Below are positions 8,703 to 16,392 of a stretch of DNA of 41,553 nt, one piece after another. The stretch lies in IMG/VR virus record IMGVR_UViG_2534681759_000006. One strand, 5' to 3'. The number at the start of each line of letters is the position of its first letter. Position 1 is the first letter of the stretch. Source of the DNA: a virus (lineage: Duplodnaviria > Heunggongvirae > Uroviricota > Caudoviricetes). The notes below the pieces were generated by a model that had not been told where the DNA came from, made no database searches, and was given only the letters and a program-made list of their open reading frames with translations. The position numbers and the translations under genes are program-made.

Positions 8703-9644
8703 ATGAGCACTAAATTAACCGGCTATGTATGGGATGGTTGCGCAGCGTCAGGCATGAAATTATCCAGCGTGGCAATTATGGCACGCCTGGCTGATTTCAG
8801 TAATGACGAAGGTGTGTGCTGGCCATCAATTGAAACCATTGCCCGCCAGATTGGCGCGGGGATGAGTACCGTCAGAACGGCTATCGCACGGCTGGAAGCA
8901 GAAGGCTGGTTAACGCGTAAGGCGCGTCGCCAGGGTAACCGCAATGCGTCGAATGTTTATCAGCTTAACGTTGCGAAGCTTCAGGCTGCGGCTTTTTCTC
9001 AACTGTCAGATTCTGACCCGTCAAAATCTGACGCATCAAAATCTGACCCGTCAAAATTTGATGCGTCGAAATCTGGCAAAAAAGCGGGTTTTCACCCGTC
9101 AGAATCTGGCGGGGATCCGTCAGTAAAATCAAAACATGATCCGTCAGATAAAAAAACTTCTCGTCCGGACGCTTCGCAACCGGACACGCAGAAGGCTGAA
9201 CAGGATTTTTTAACTCGCCATCCTGATGCGGTTGTATTCAGCCCTAAAAAGCGCCAGTGGGGGACGCAGGATGATTTGACCTGCGCACAGTGGCTCTGGA
9301 AAAAAATCATCGCCCTGTACGAGCAAGCCGCCGAATGTGACGGCGAGGTGGTTCGTCCCAAAGAACCGAACTGGACAGCCTGGGCAAACGAAATTCGCCT
9401 GATGTGTGTGCAGGATGGTCGTACTCACAAACAAATCTGCGAGATGTACAGCCGCGTCAGCCGCGATCCGTTCTGGTGCCGTAACGTGCTCAGCCCGTCG
9501 AAGCTGCGGGAAAAATGGGATGAGCTTTCCCTGCGCTTATCGCCGTCCGTCAGCACGTACACCGAAAAACGCGAAGACCCGTACTTCAAAGCCAGTTACG
9601 ACAACGTGGACTACAGCCAGATCCCGGCAGGATTCAGGGGGTGA
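8703..9644 (+). CDS. replication initiation protein (O-like; N-terminal winged-helix, DnaT-like C-terminus), contains origin iterons
   Basis: N-terminal HTH (ETIARQIGAGMSTVRTAIARLEAEGWL); internal array of ~15-bp iterons as for lambda ori inside O. Confidence 0.7.
   Translation: MSTKLTGYVWDGCAASGMKLSSVAIMARLADFSNDEGVCWPSIETIARQIGAGMSTVRTAIARLEAEGWLTRKARRQGNRNASNVYQLNVAKLQAAAFSQLSDSDPSKSDASKSDPSKFDASKSGKKAGFHPSESGGDPSVKSKHDPSDKKTSRPDASQPDTQKAEQDFLTRHPDAVVFSPKKRQWGTQDDLTCAQWLWKKIIALYEQAAECDGEVVRPKEPNWTAWANEIRLMCVQDGRTHKQICEMYSRVSRDPFWCRNVLSPSKLREKWDELSLRLSPSVSTYTEKREDPYFKASYDNVDYSQIPAGFRG
9003..9160. repeat. origin-like iteron array (at least 5 copies of ~15-bp CCGTCAAAATCTGAC-type units) followed by an A-rich tract
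   Basis: Direct tandem repeats read in sequence: CCGTCAAAATCTGAC / GCATCAAAATCTGAC / CCGTCAAAATTTGAT / GCGTCGAAATCTGGC / CCGTCAGAATCTGGC, then GATAAAAAAACTT. Confidence 0.75.
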
Positions 9645-9943
9645 TCATGAGTCTTTTGAATGAAGTTCAGAAATACATTGAAGCCCATCCGGGGTGTACT
9701 TCCGGAGACATTGCGGATGCTTTTGCAGGTTACTCACGGCAGCGCGTTCTGCAGTCAGCAAGCAAGTTACGTCAGAGTGGTCGTGTGGCTCACCGTTGCG
9801 AAGGGGATACACGCAGACATTTCCCGCGCCTGACTGAGAGAGCGCAGGAGGCGGAACCGCAACCAGTTCGTGAAACCAGACCTGTGCGCAATTTCTATGT
9901 CGGCACTAACGATCCCCGGGTGATTTTGTGCCTGACCCGCTAG
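9641..9943 (+). CDS. hypothetical winged-helix protein (100 aa) ending at an in-frame TAG
   Basis: ATGA overlap with replication gene; wHTH-like N-terminus; the frame continues after the TAG into an ANR-like segment. Confidence 0.5.
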   Translation: MIMSLLNEVQKYIEAHPGCTSGDIADAFAGYSRQRVLQSASKLRQSGRVAHRCEGDTRRHFPRLTERAQEAEPQPVRETRPVRNFYVGTNDPRVILCLTR

Positions 9944-10135
9944 GCGGAAGAACTGGAGTCCAGGGGCTTATACCATCGTGCTGCAACGGTGTGGATGGCG
10001 GCATTCCGTGAAAGCCACTCCCAGCCAGAACGAAACAATTTTCTGGCGCGTCGTGAGCAGTGTTTACGGAAAAGCAGCAAGCGCGCTGTATCGGGTGATG
10101 AGTGGTATCTGTCAGGGAATTACGTGGGGGCGTAA
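9944..10135 (+). pseudogene. ANR-family-like small regulator segment with no start codon of its own, in frame directly behind a TAG (possible amber-interrupted gene)
   Basis: Translation AEELESRGLYHRAATVWMAAFRESHSQPERNNFLARREQCLRKS... resembles ANR-type small regulators; no ATG at its N-terminus; stop overlaps the next start (TAATG). Confidence 0.4.
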
Positions 10136-10461
10136 TGACGACGTTAACTCAATGCCAGCAGCAGGTGCTGGATATGCTGATTTCTTATCAGAAAGAACGT
10201 GGCTTCCCGCCAACCAATCAGGAGGTGGCAACCATGCTGGGATACCGTTCGGTGAATGCAGCGGTGGAGCATCTTCGCGCACTGGAGAAAAAAGGCGTCA
10301 TCACGATAAAGCGTGGCGTGGCCCGGGGGATCACGCTTCATACCACAGTGAAGGACGACGACAGCGAGGCAGCCGGGATTATCCGCGCACTGCTTGCCGG
10401 TGAGGAAAACGCCAGACTGCGTGCAGCCCACTGGTTACATGAGAGGGGCCTGAAAGTATGA
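10135..10461 (+). CDS. LexA-type winged-helix DNA-binding domain protein (108 aa from MTTLTQ...)
   Basis: Matches the LexA N-terminal DNA-binding pattern (LT..Q..VL..I...G.PP...E.A..LG..S.NAA..HL.ALE.KG.I); GGGGG SD upstream. Confidence 0.55.
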   Translation: MTTLTQCQQQVLDMLISYQKERGFPPTNQEVATMLGYRSVNAAVEHLRALEKKGVITIKRGVARGITLHTTVKDDDSEAAGIIRALLAGEENARLRAAHWLHERGLKV

Positions 10462-10847
10462 AGCTGATCCTGCCTTTCCCGCCCAGCGTGAACACGTACT
10501 GGCGACACCCCAACAAAGGGGCGTTTGCTGGTAAGAGTCTGATAAGCGCAGCGGGGCGCAAATTCCAGAGCGCGGCATGCGCAGCAATAGTTGAGCAGTT
10601 ACGTCGTCTGCCGAAACCAACGTCGGCACCTGCTTCAGTGGAGATCGTGTTGTTTCCTCCGGATAACCGGATCCGCGATCTGGACAACTATAACAAGGCG
10701 CTGTTTGACGCCCTGACCCACGCGGGTGTGTGGGAAGACGACAGACAGGTGAAAAGAATGCTGGTGGAGTGGGGACCGGTTATCCCGGAAGGGAAGGTCG
10801 AGATCACTATCAGTAAGTATGAGAAACCGGCGGGTGCAGCCGCCTGA
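10458..10847 (+). CDS. rusA: RusA Holliday-junction resolvase
   Basis: Conserved RusA motifs (LPFPPSVNTYWRH, RDLDNYNKALFDALTHAGVWEDDRQV, EITI). Confidence 0.85.
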   Translation: MKLILPFPPSVNTYWRHPNKGAFAGKSLISAAGRKFQSAACAAIVEQLRRLPKPTSAPASVEIVLFPPDNRIRDLDNYNKALFDALTHAGVWEDDRQVKRMLVEWGPVIPEGKVEITISKYEKPAGAAA

Positions 10848-10866
10848 TTAAGAGGAGAAACGAAGT

Positions 10867-11676
10867 ATGAATAATCTGATGGTTATTGATGGTATTGAAG
10901 TTCGTCGTGATGCTTATGGGCGTTACAGCCTGAACGATCTGCATCGCGCAGCAGTAGCATCTGGTGCAAATGCCAGAACCAAGGAGCCAGGAAAGTTTCT
11001 TTCCAGCCAACAAACTGTTGAGCTTGTTCATGAATTGACCAACACCCAGAATTTGGGTGTTGACCCGGTGAGTGTGATTCATGGGGGAAATGAACGGGGA
11101 ACGTATGTCTGTAAGGAACTGGTGTATGCCTATGCAATGTGGATCAGCCCGTCATTCCATCTGAAGGTGATCCGTACTTTCGATATGGTAACCAGCGCGC
11201 CGGAAAAGTTATCCGGACAGGCTGCTGACAAGATGCAGGCTGGCGTGATCCTGCTGGACTTTATGCGCCGGGAGTTAAATCTGTCTAACTCTTCAGTGCT
11301 TGGTGCCTGTCAGAAACTCCAGGAGGCTGTTGGCTTACCGAATCTGGCACCGCGCTATGCCATTGATGCTCCTGCTGATGCGCCTGATGGCTCAAGCCGC
11401 CCCACGCTGTCACTGAGTGCACTGCTGAAGCAGTATGGTATCCGCCTGACGGCTAATCAGGCATATCACCAGATGGTGAAGCTGGGGATCGTCGAACAGC
11501 GCGAACGATACAGCCGTACAGCGATTAACAACATCAAAAAATTCTGGTCGCTGACGGCGAAAGGCTGCATGTTCGGCAAGAACATCACCAGTCCGGCAAA
11601 TCCGCGTGAGACGCAGCCGCATTTCTTCGAATCCCGATTCCCTGAGCTGTTAAAGCTGCTCGATACCGTTCATTGA
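10867..11676 (+). CDS. KilA-N domain protein (antirepressor-like)
   Basis: N-terminal KilA-N pattern (IDGIEVRR...YSLNDLHRAA...ELV...GTYV...YAYAMWISPSFHLKVIRTFD). Confidence 0.65.
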   Translation: MNNLMVIDGIEVRRDAYGRYSLNDLHRAAVASGANARTKEPGKFLSSQQTVELVHELTNTQNLGVDPVSVIHGGNERGTYVCKELVYAYAMWISPSFHLKVIRTFDMVTSAPEKLSGQAADKMQAGVILLDFMRRELNLSNSSVLGACQKLQEAVGLPNLAPRYAIDAPADAPDGSSRPTLSLSALLKQYGIRLTANQAYHQMVKLGIVEQRERYSRTAINNIKKFWSLTAKGCMFGKNITSPANPRETQPHFFESRFPELLKLLDTVH

Positions 11677-11677
11677 G

Positions 11678-12673
11678 GTGACCGTGAGAGCGCTACTGAC
11701 CCCTGAAATAGCCCCGCGTATGGGGATCGTATTGTTCAGACCAGGTTCAGAGCTGATGCCCCTGTTTATGCAGGGGCGTGTACTGCTGGAGCCTGAGCCG
11801 GAACGTTATTCATCTTTCGCCAGTGGTGCCGTTCCCGCGGCATCACAACCGCTGGCGGATGATCCTGCTGTTCGGGCCGTGTTCCGCAATGAGGCAGTGA
11901 TCCGTCGTGCTGGTGGCGTGGAATGTCTTGAAAGCTGGTTACTTCGTGAAAAAGGCTGCCAGTGGCCTCATTCCGACTGGCACAGCGAGAACATGACCAC
12001 AATGCGACACGCTCCGGGCGCAATCCGTCTGTGCTGGCACTGTGATAACCAGCTGCGCGATCAGTTCACGGAACGGCTGGAATCAATGGCAACGGATAAC
12101 TGTGCCCGCTGGGTGTTGTCTGTTGTGCGTCGGGATCTCGGTTTTGATGATAGTCACGTTGTGACAATGCCGGAACTGTGCTGGTGGCTGATTCGTAATG
12201 ACCTGGCGGATGCCTTACCGGAAAGTGCAGCCCGTAAGGCACTGAGATTATCAAAGCCTGTTGTGCCGTCTGTCACCCGGGAAAGTGACCTTGTGCCTTC
12301 GGTTCCTGCCACCAGCATCATCCAGGATAAGGCGAAAAAGGTGCTGGCGCTGAAAGTGGATCCGGAGTCGCCGGAGTCTTTTATGTTACGCCCAAAACGT
12401 CGCCGCTGGGTTAATGAAAAGTACACGCGCTGGGTTAAGACACAGCCGTGTGCATGTTGTGGAAAGCCCGCTGATGATCCCCACCACCTGATAGGTTACG
12501 GTCAGGGTGGAATGGGAACAAAAGCGCATGACCTTTTTGTGTTGCCTTTGTGCAGAAAGCATCATGACGAGCTGCATGCGGATACCGTGGTATTTGAAGA
12601 GAAGTATGGCTCCCAGATGGAGCTGATATTTCGTTTTATCGATCGTGCGCTGGCAATTGGCGTGCTGGCCTGA
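11678..12673 (+). CDS. DUF968 (YdfU-like) protein with C-terminal HNH-like Cys/His motif
   Basis: C-terminal CACCGKPADDPHH...LPLCRKHHDELH motif and size typical of the lambdoid DUF968 family. Confidence 0.6.
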   Translation: MTVRALLTPEIAPRMGIVLFRPGSELMPLFMQGRVLLEPEPERYSSFASGAVPAASQPLADDPAVRAVFRNEAVIRRAGGVECLESWLLREKGCQWPHSDWHSENMTTMRHAPGAIRLCWHCDNQLRDQFTERLESMATDNCARWVLSVVRRDLGFDDSHVVTMPELCWWLIRNDLADALPESAARKALRLSKPVVPSVTRESDLVPSVPATSIIQDKAKKVLALKVDPESPESFMLRPKRRRWVNEKYTRWVKTQPCACCGKPADDPHHLIGYGQGGMGTKAHDLFVLPLCRKHHDELHADTVVFEEKYGSQMELIFRFIDRALAIGVLA

Positions 12674-12675
12674 TT

Positions 12676-13041
12676 TTGTGGAGAAGGTTGATGCGTGATA
12701 TGTATGAAGTATTGGACCGCTGGGGAGCATGGGCTGCAGCAGATAACAGTGGTGTGGACTGGCAGCCTGTTGCTGCAGGGTTTAAAGGTTTACTACCTCA
12801 TGGAAAGAAAACACGCCAACAATGCGATGATGATGAAGGAATCATGATTGACAGCTGTGTTGCGCGAATGCGGAAATATAAGCCAGAAGAATATGAACTG
12901 ATCATTGCTCACTTTGTTATCGGTATTTCACTCCGTTCAATAGCAAAGAAACGGAAATGCTCTGACGGGTCAATCAGAAAACAACTTCAAGCAGCAATAG
13001 GAGTGATTGAAGGTATTTTGTTGATTATTAAGCCCCTGTAG
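12676..13041 (+). CDS. late-gene antiterminator Q (QuuD-like)
   Basis: Strong resemblance to DLP12 QuuD (LDRWGAWAA...AAGFKGL...CDDD...CSDGSIRKQL..A.GVIEG.L). Confidence 0.8.
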   Translation: MWRRLMRDMYEVLDRWGAWAAADNSGVDWQPVAAGFKGLLPHGKKTRQQCDDDEGIMIDSCVARMRKYKPEEYELIIAHFVIGISLRSIAKKRKCSDGSIRKQLQAAIGVIEGILLIIKPL

Positions 13042-13048
13042 GGCTTAA
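13028..13048. other. bidirectional hairpin (TTAAGCCC ctgta GGGCTTAA) spanning the convergent stop codons of Q and the membrane-protein gene
   Basis: 8-bp perfect stem, 5-nt loop; no strong U-tract on either strand. Confidence 0.5.
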
Positions 13049-13629
13049 TAATTCATATGAATTCTGTTTCCGAGATAATATAATCCAAAGAAAGTTGATA
13101 CTAAGAGTTGCCAAACGAGGAAAGTAAATACAACAGTATAAACCATTAAAACAAAACTGTTTTGATAGACATTGATTAATGGTGAAAATATAGCATTAAG
13201 TATTATTATAACAATGCTTAATGCTGTTAAAAAAGAGAATAGCATGCAAAGAAATAATCGTCTGGTCAGAACCTCCTCTGAATTTACTACTTTTCCATTT
13301 TCTTTTGTTACTTTTATTTCAATAGAGGCATTTCTTTCATTGCTAATCAATGGTAAATCAATCTCAGCTCTATTGAAAGTTGCTATGGCGGCCAGAGCGG
13401 CAATATAAAACCCTGGTAGGTTAGAGATAAATGAAACGATTGATTTAATGAAACCATTGTCATCAAATAAATCTTTGACAGGGATTTTTAATAGAATGAA
13501 AAGTACTGCTGTGATAGAAGTAAGTAGAATTGGTGCTACCCAATCATATGCAGCTTTGCCGCTAATACCTTTAATAAAAAGATATCCAAACGGCTTGCCT
13601 AGATGAGAGAAAACTGAAAGTATTGGCAT
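13045..13629 (-). CDS. AT-rich predicted 4-TM membrane protein (194 aa), second gene of a two-gene antisense moron cassette
   Basis: Four hydrophobic helix-length segments by eye; start 8 nt after the upstream gene's stop; markedly AT-rich. Confidence 0.7.
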   Translation of the reverse strand: MPILSVFSHLGKPFGYLFIKGISGKAAYDWVAPILLTSITAVLFILLKIPVKDLFDDNGFIKSIVSFISNLPGFYIAALAAIATFNRAEIDLPLISNERNASIEIKVTKENGKVVNSEEVLTRRLFLCMLFSFLTALSIVIIILNAIFSPLINVYQNSFVLMVYTVVFTFLVWQLLVSTFFGLYYLGNRIHMNY

Positions 13630-13636
13630 AATAACC

Positions 13637-14659
13637 TCACATCAAATCTATCATTTTCACAACAAACTCTAGCTCAATTTTAACATATGAATCCTTCAGG
13701 CGCGAATTAAAGTTATCGATAATGCTTTTCTTAATAAATGTTTTTTCTAAATTATTAAGATTGATGTTTGAGGTTTTGAAATCAACCTGCCTTGGTTTAT
13801 TTGTTTCAGGATCTTGGAATTTAACCTTTAATTTATCATAACCACCATTCATTTTTTTATTGAAATGAGATGCTACATTTTTAATCCATCCAATAACATT
13901 GTCACCATGATTTGGAAGTAATTTTAATGTACTTTCAGTCGGAATGTAAGGTGAGTTAACATCAGGAGCATTAATTGTTCCGAATTGATCCTTGACTAAT
14001 ATGACATCTGATAATCCTTTTTGGCTTATTTTATTAAAAAGCTCCTTGTCTAACATTCCTGTAAATTCAAATATTGGTTTGTATCGTATTTTTACTTCTT
14101 TTTTTGATGTTGCAGAAATAACGTTAGTTGGATGTTTTGCGGTAAATAAGTCTTCATTGTCTTTCGCCACTTCAAAGAGAATTTTGTCTAAAAAACTATT
14201 TAACCGGGCCGTAGATACACCTGGGGTAGATGTACAAATCATATCATAGGTTCTTTTATTTCCATTTAATGATATGACAACATAGGTAGAAACTTCATAG
14301 CCTTCACCTTGTTCATATTTTGGTTGGATTTCAACGCGTTCATTAGTATTTATATTTTTTACAACGGTAGTACTTCCATTTTTATCAACACTATTAATAA
14401 GAAGGACAATATGCGTGGGTGAGTTATCTGGAAGTAAAGGATAAAGTTGTACATCTTGGAGAGTAACTACAATATTCCCAGAATCATATGAATGAACGAG
14501 TCCCTTTTGTTTAACAATCAATGGGGCAAGCATGTACATTTCCGGAACAGGACATATACACTGGGCTTTTACCTCTTGTGTTGCCTTGGTTCTAAACTTT
14601 GTGTCAATGGTCAGACTATGATGAGTAACGAGTCTTTCGCTAGCATTTAATTTTGCCAT
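13637..14659 (-). CDS. AT-rich soluble protein of unknown function (340 aa), first gene of the two-gene antisense moron cassette
   Basis: Long ORF with Lys/Asn-rich low-GC codon usage; no recognisable catalytic motif by eye. Confidence 0.7.
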   Translation of the reverse strand: MAKLNASERLVTHHSLTIDTKFRTKATQEVKAQCICPVPEMYMLAPLIVKQKGLVHSYDSGNIVVTLQDVQLYPLLPDNSPTHIVLLINSVDKNGSTTVVKNINTNERVEIQPKYEQGEGYEVSTYVVISLNGNKRTYDMICTSTPGVSTARLNSFLDKILFEVAKDNEDLFTAKHPTNVISATSKKEVKIRYKPIFEFTGMLDKELFNKISQKGLSDVILVKDQFGTINAPDVNSPYIPTESTLKLLPNHGDNVIGWIKNVASHFNKKMNGGYDKLKVKFQDPETNKPRQVDFKTSNINLNNLEKTFIKKSIIDNFNSRLKDSYVKIELEFVVKMIDLM

Positions 14660-14770
14660 GAAATCATCCGATTATGATTTTTCGATTTATTTGTTAATCT
14701 TACAAAAACGCTAACGCGTACGCAAAAATTATTGTATCGTGTTAAGAGTGGTTACTTCGCCACACAGCTT

Positions 14771-14800
14771 AAACCCGCCGTCGAGCGGGTTTTGTCGTTT
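14771..14800 (+). terminator. tR'-like rho-independent terminator of the late leader (AAACCCGC cgtcga GCGGGTTT + TGTCGTTT)
   Basis: Perfect 8-bp stem and T-rich tail about 145 nt upstream of the holin start, as for the lambda PR'-tR' late leader. Confidence 0.65.
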
Positions 14801-14944
14801 CTGGGGCTGGGGATTCGTTGGTCCTGGTCTATTCCGCAGTTATCCATTGGTTCGGCTTCTTTGACGTTTCCGCTTCTAATTTGCTGTACATGATGTTCCC
14901 TCAATTTGCACCTGCTGTATCAGCGAGGTGAGAGATAACTACAA

Positions 14945-15271
14945 ATGCCTCATAACCCAAATACCTGGCTGGAGTTGTTCCAGAGCTGGTGGCGTGGAGA
15001 CACACCGCTGGGCGCAGTGATTATGTCGATCGTTATGGCTGGCTTGCGCATTGCCTATTTTGGCGGTGGTGGTGGCTGGAAACGAAAAACGCTCGAGATT
15101 TTGCTCTGTGGTGCTCTGACGCTGACTTTTGCATCCGCTCTTGAGTATGTCGGATGGCCTAAATCTCTTTCTGTTGCCATTGGTGGCGGTGTTGGGCTGA
15201 TTGGTGTCGATGCAATTCGTGGGGCTGCAATGCGAGTAATCGGTAACAAATTTGGTAGCTCGAAGGAGTAA
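14945..15271 (+). CDS. lambda S-type holin (108 aa)
   Basis: Hydrophobic small protein; C-terminus resembles lambda S; first gene of lysis cassette. Confidence 0.8.
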   Translation: MPHNPNTWLELFQSWWRGDTPLGAVIMSIVMAGLRIAYFGGGGGWKRKTLEILLCGALTLTFASALEYVGWPKSLSVAIGGGVGLIGVDAIRGAAMRVIGNKFGSSKE

Positions 15272-15274
15272 TTT

Positions 15275-15751
15275 ATGCAGGCACTAAATTCCCAGCGTAA
15301 AGCTTTCCTGGATATGGTTGCATGGTCAGAAGGAACGGATAACGGGCGACAACCGACACGTAACCACGGTTATGATGTCATTGTCGGTGGTGAACTGTTT
15401 ACTGATTACTCCGATCATCCTCGCAAACTTGTCACGCTAAACCCGAAACTCAAATCAACAGCAGCCGGACGTTACCAGCTTCTTTCCCGTTGGTGGGATG
15501 CCTACCGCAAGCAGCTAGGGCTGAAAGACTTCTCTCCCAGAAGCCAGGACTCCGTGGCATTACAGCAGATTAAAGAGCGTGGCGCTTTACCGATGATTGA
15601 TCGCGGTGATATCCGTCAGGCAATCGACCGTTGCAGCAATATCTGGGCTTCACTGCCGGGCGCTGGTTATGGTCAGTATGAACATAAAATCGGTGACCTG
15701 ATTGCCAGGTTTAAAGAGGCTGGTGGGGTGGTAAATGAAGTTGAGCTATAA
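15275..15751 (+). CDS. endolysin, lambda R-type lytic transglycosylase
   Basis: Near-colinear with lambda R (QRKAFLDMVAWSEGTDNGRQ...HGYDVIVGGELFTDYSDHPRKLVTLNPKLKST). Confidence 0.9.
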   Translation: MQALNSQRKAFLDMVAWSEGTDNGRQPTRNHGYDVIVGGELFTDYSDHPRKLVTLNPKLKSTAAGRYQLLSRWWDAYRKQLGLKDFSPRSQDSVALQQIKERGALPMIDRGDIRQAIDRCSNIWASLPGAGYGQYEHKIGDLIARFKEAGGVVNEVEL

Positions 15752-16127
15752 GCTGATTATCGCTGCTTTCCTTTTAACTGTCGTCTGTTCTTTCATCTGG
15801 TCAACCAACCACTACTACAGCAAATATCAGCACGAAAAGAAACGTGCTGATGAGGCTGTACAAAATGCCAAATCGGCAACTGCCATTACTAATAACGTCC
15901 TGCAATCACTACAAATCGTCAATACAGTACTGGAGGCTAACCAGCATGCAAAACAGCAGATCGCACTGGAGTCACAGAGAACCCAGGCTGATATCAAAAT
16001 GGCTTTTGCGAATGATGATTGCGCTGCCCGTCCTGTTCCTGCTCGTGCAGCTGAACGGCTGCGCCGGTACGCGGACAGTTTACGTACCAGTTTCGGCGGT
16101 ACCACTACTAGCGAATCTGACCGCTGA
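15735..16127 (+). CDS. i-spanin (Rz-like)
   Basis: N-terminal TM anchor then charged coiled-coil-like region; follows endolysin. Confidence 0.7.
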   Translation: MKLSYKLIIAAFLLTVVCSFIWSTNHYYSKYQHEKKRADEAVQNAKSATAITNNVLQSLQIVNTVLEANQHAKQQIALESQRTQADIKMAFANDDCAARPVPARAAERLRRYADSLRTSFGGTTTSESDR

Positions 16128-16284
16128 AACTCCGCAACCAGCTATCCCCGACCCGCTGACATGGAGTGGGAGCCTGGATTTGAACGTAAGCCTGTTGTCG
16201 GCGCTGGCGTCTTGTAATAGGGATAAGTTAGACATTAGAAAGAGTGAGCACCTGCTTTCGGAGAAAAACTCTGCTGAAAAGTGA
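16012..16284 (+). CDS. o-spanin (Rz1-like lipoprotein) in +1 frame overlapping Rz 3' end
   Basis: Signal-like LPVLFLLVQLNGC with lipobox-like Cys, proline-rich body; overlapped spanin arrangement. Confidence 0.45.
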   Translation: MMIALPVLFLLVQLNGCAGTRTVYVPVSAVPLLANLTAETPQPAIPDPLTWSGSLDLNVSLLSALASCNRDKLDIRKSEHLLSEKNSAEK

Positions 16285-16392
16285 GGTTATATAGCTAGAT
16301 CGGAATTGGCGATTCATATATCGGAAATAGTTGGTTAAGAATTTTCTGGAATGATTGTATGCTTTTACAACCTATATCGAAGTTCATGTTGG

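Noticed and set aside
8944-9126. 60-aa track ORF within the iteron region
   Set aside because: Its repetitive translation (LTRQNLTHQNLTRQNL) is simply the iteron repeats read in an alternate frame of the replication initiator gene.
9978-10403. 141-aa track ORF overlapping the LexA-like wHTH gene
   Set aside because: Arg/Gly-rich, no SD, and out of frame with the better-supported 10135..10461 gene that has a GGGGG SD and a recognisable DNA-binding motif.
12676-14944. Shiga toxin (stxAB) or a porin such as nmpC in the Q–S moron site
   Set aside because: The cassette products (340 aa with no signal peptide; 194-aa 4-TM protein) do not match StxA/StxB sizes or motifs nor a beta-barrel porin composition.
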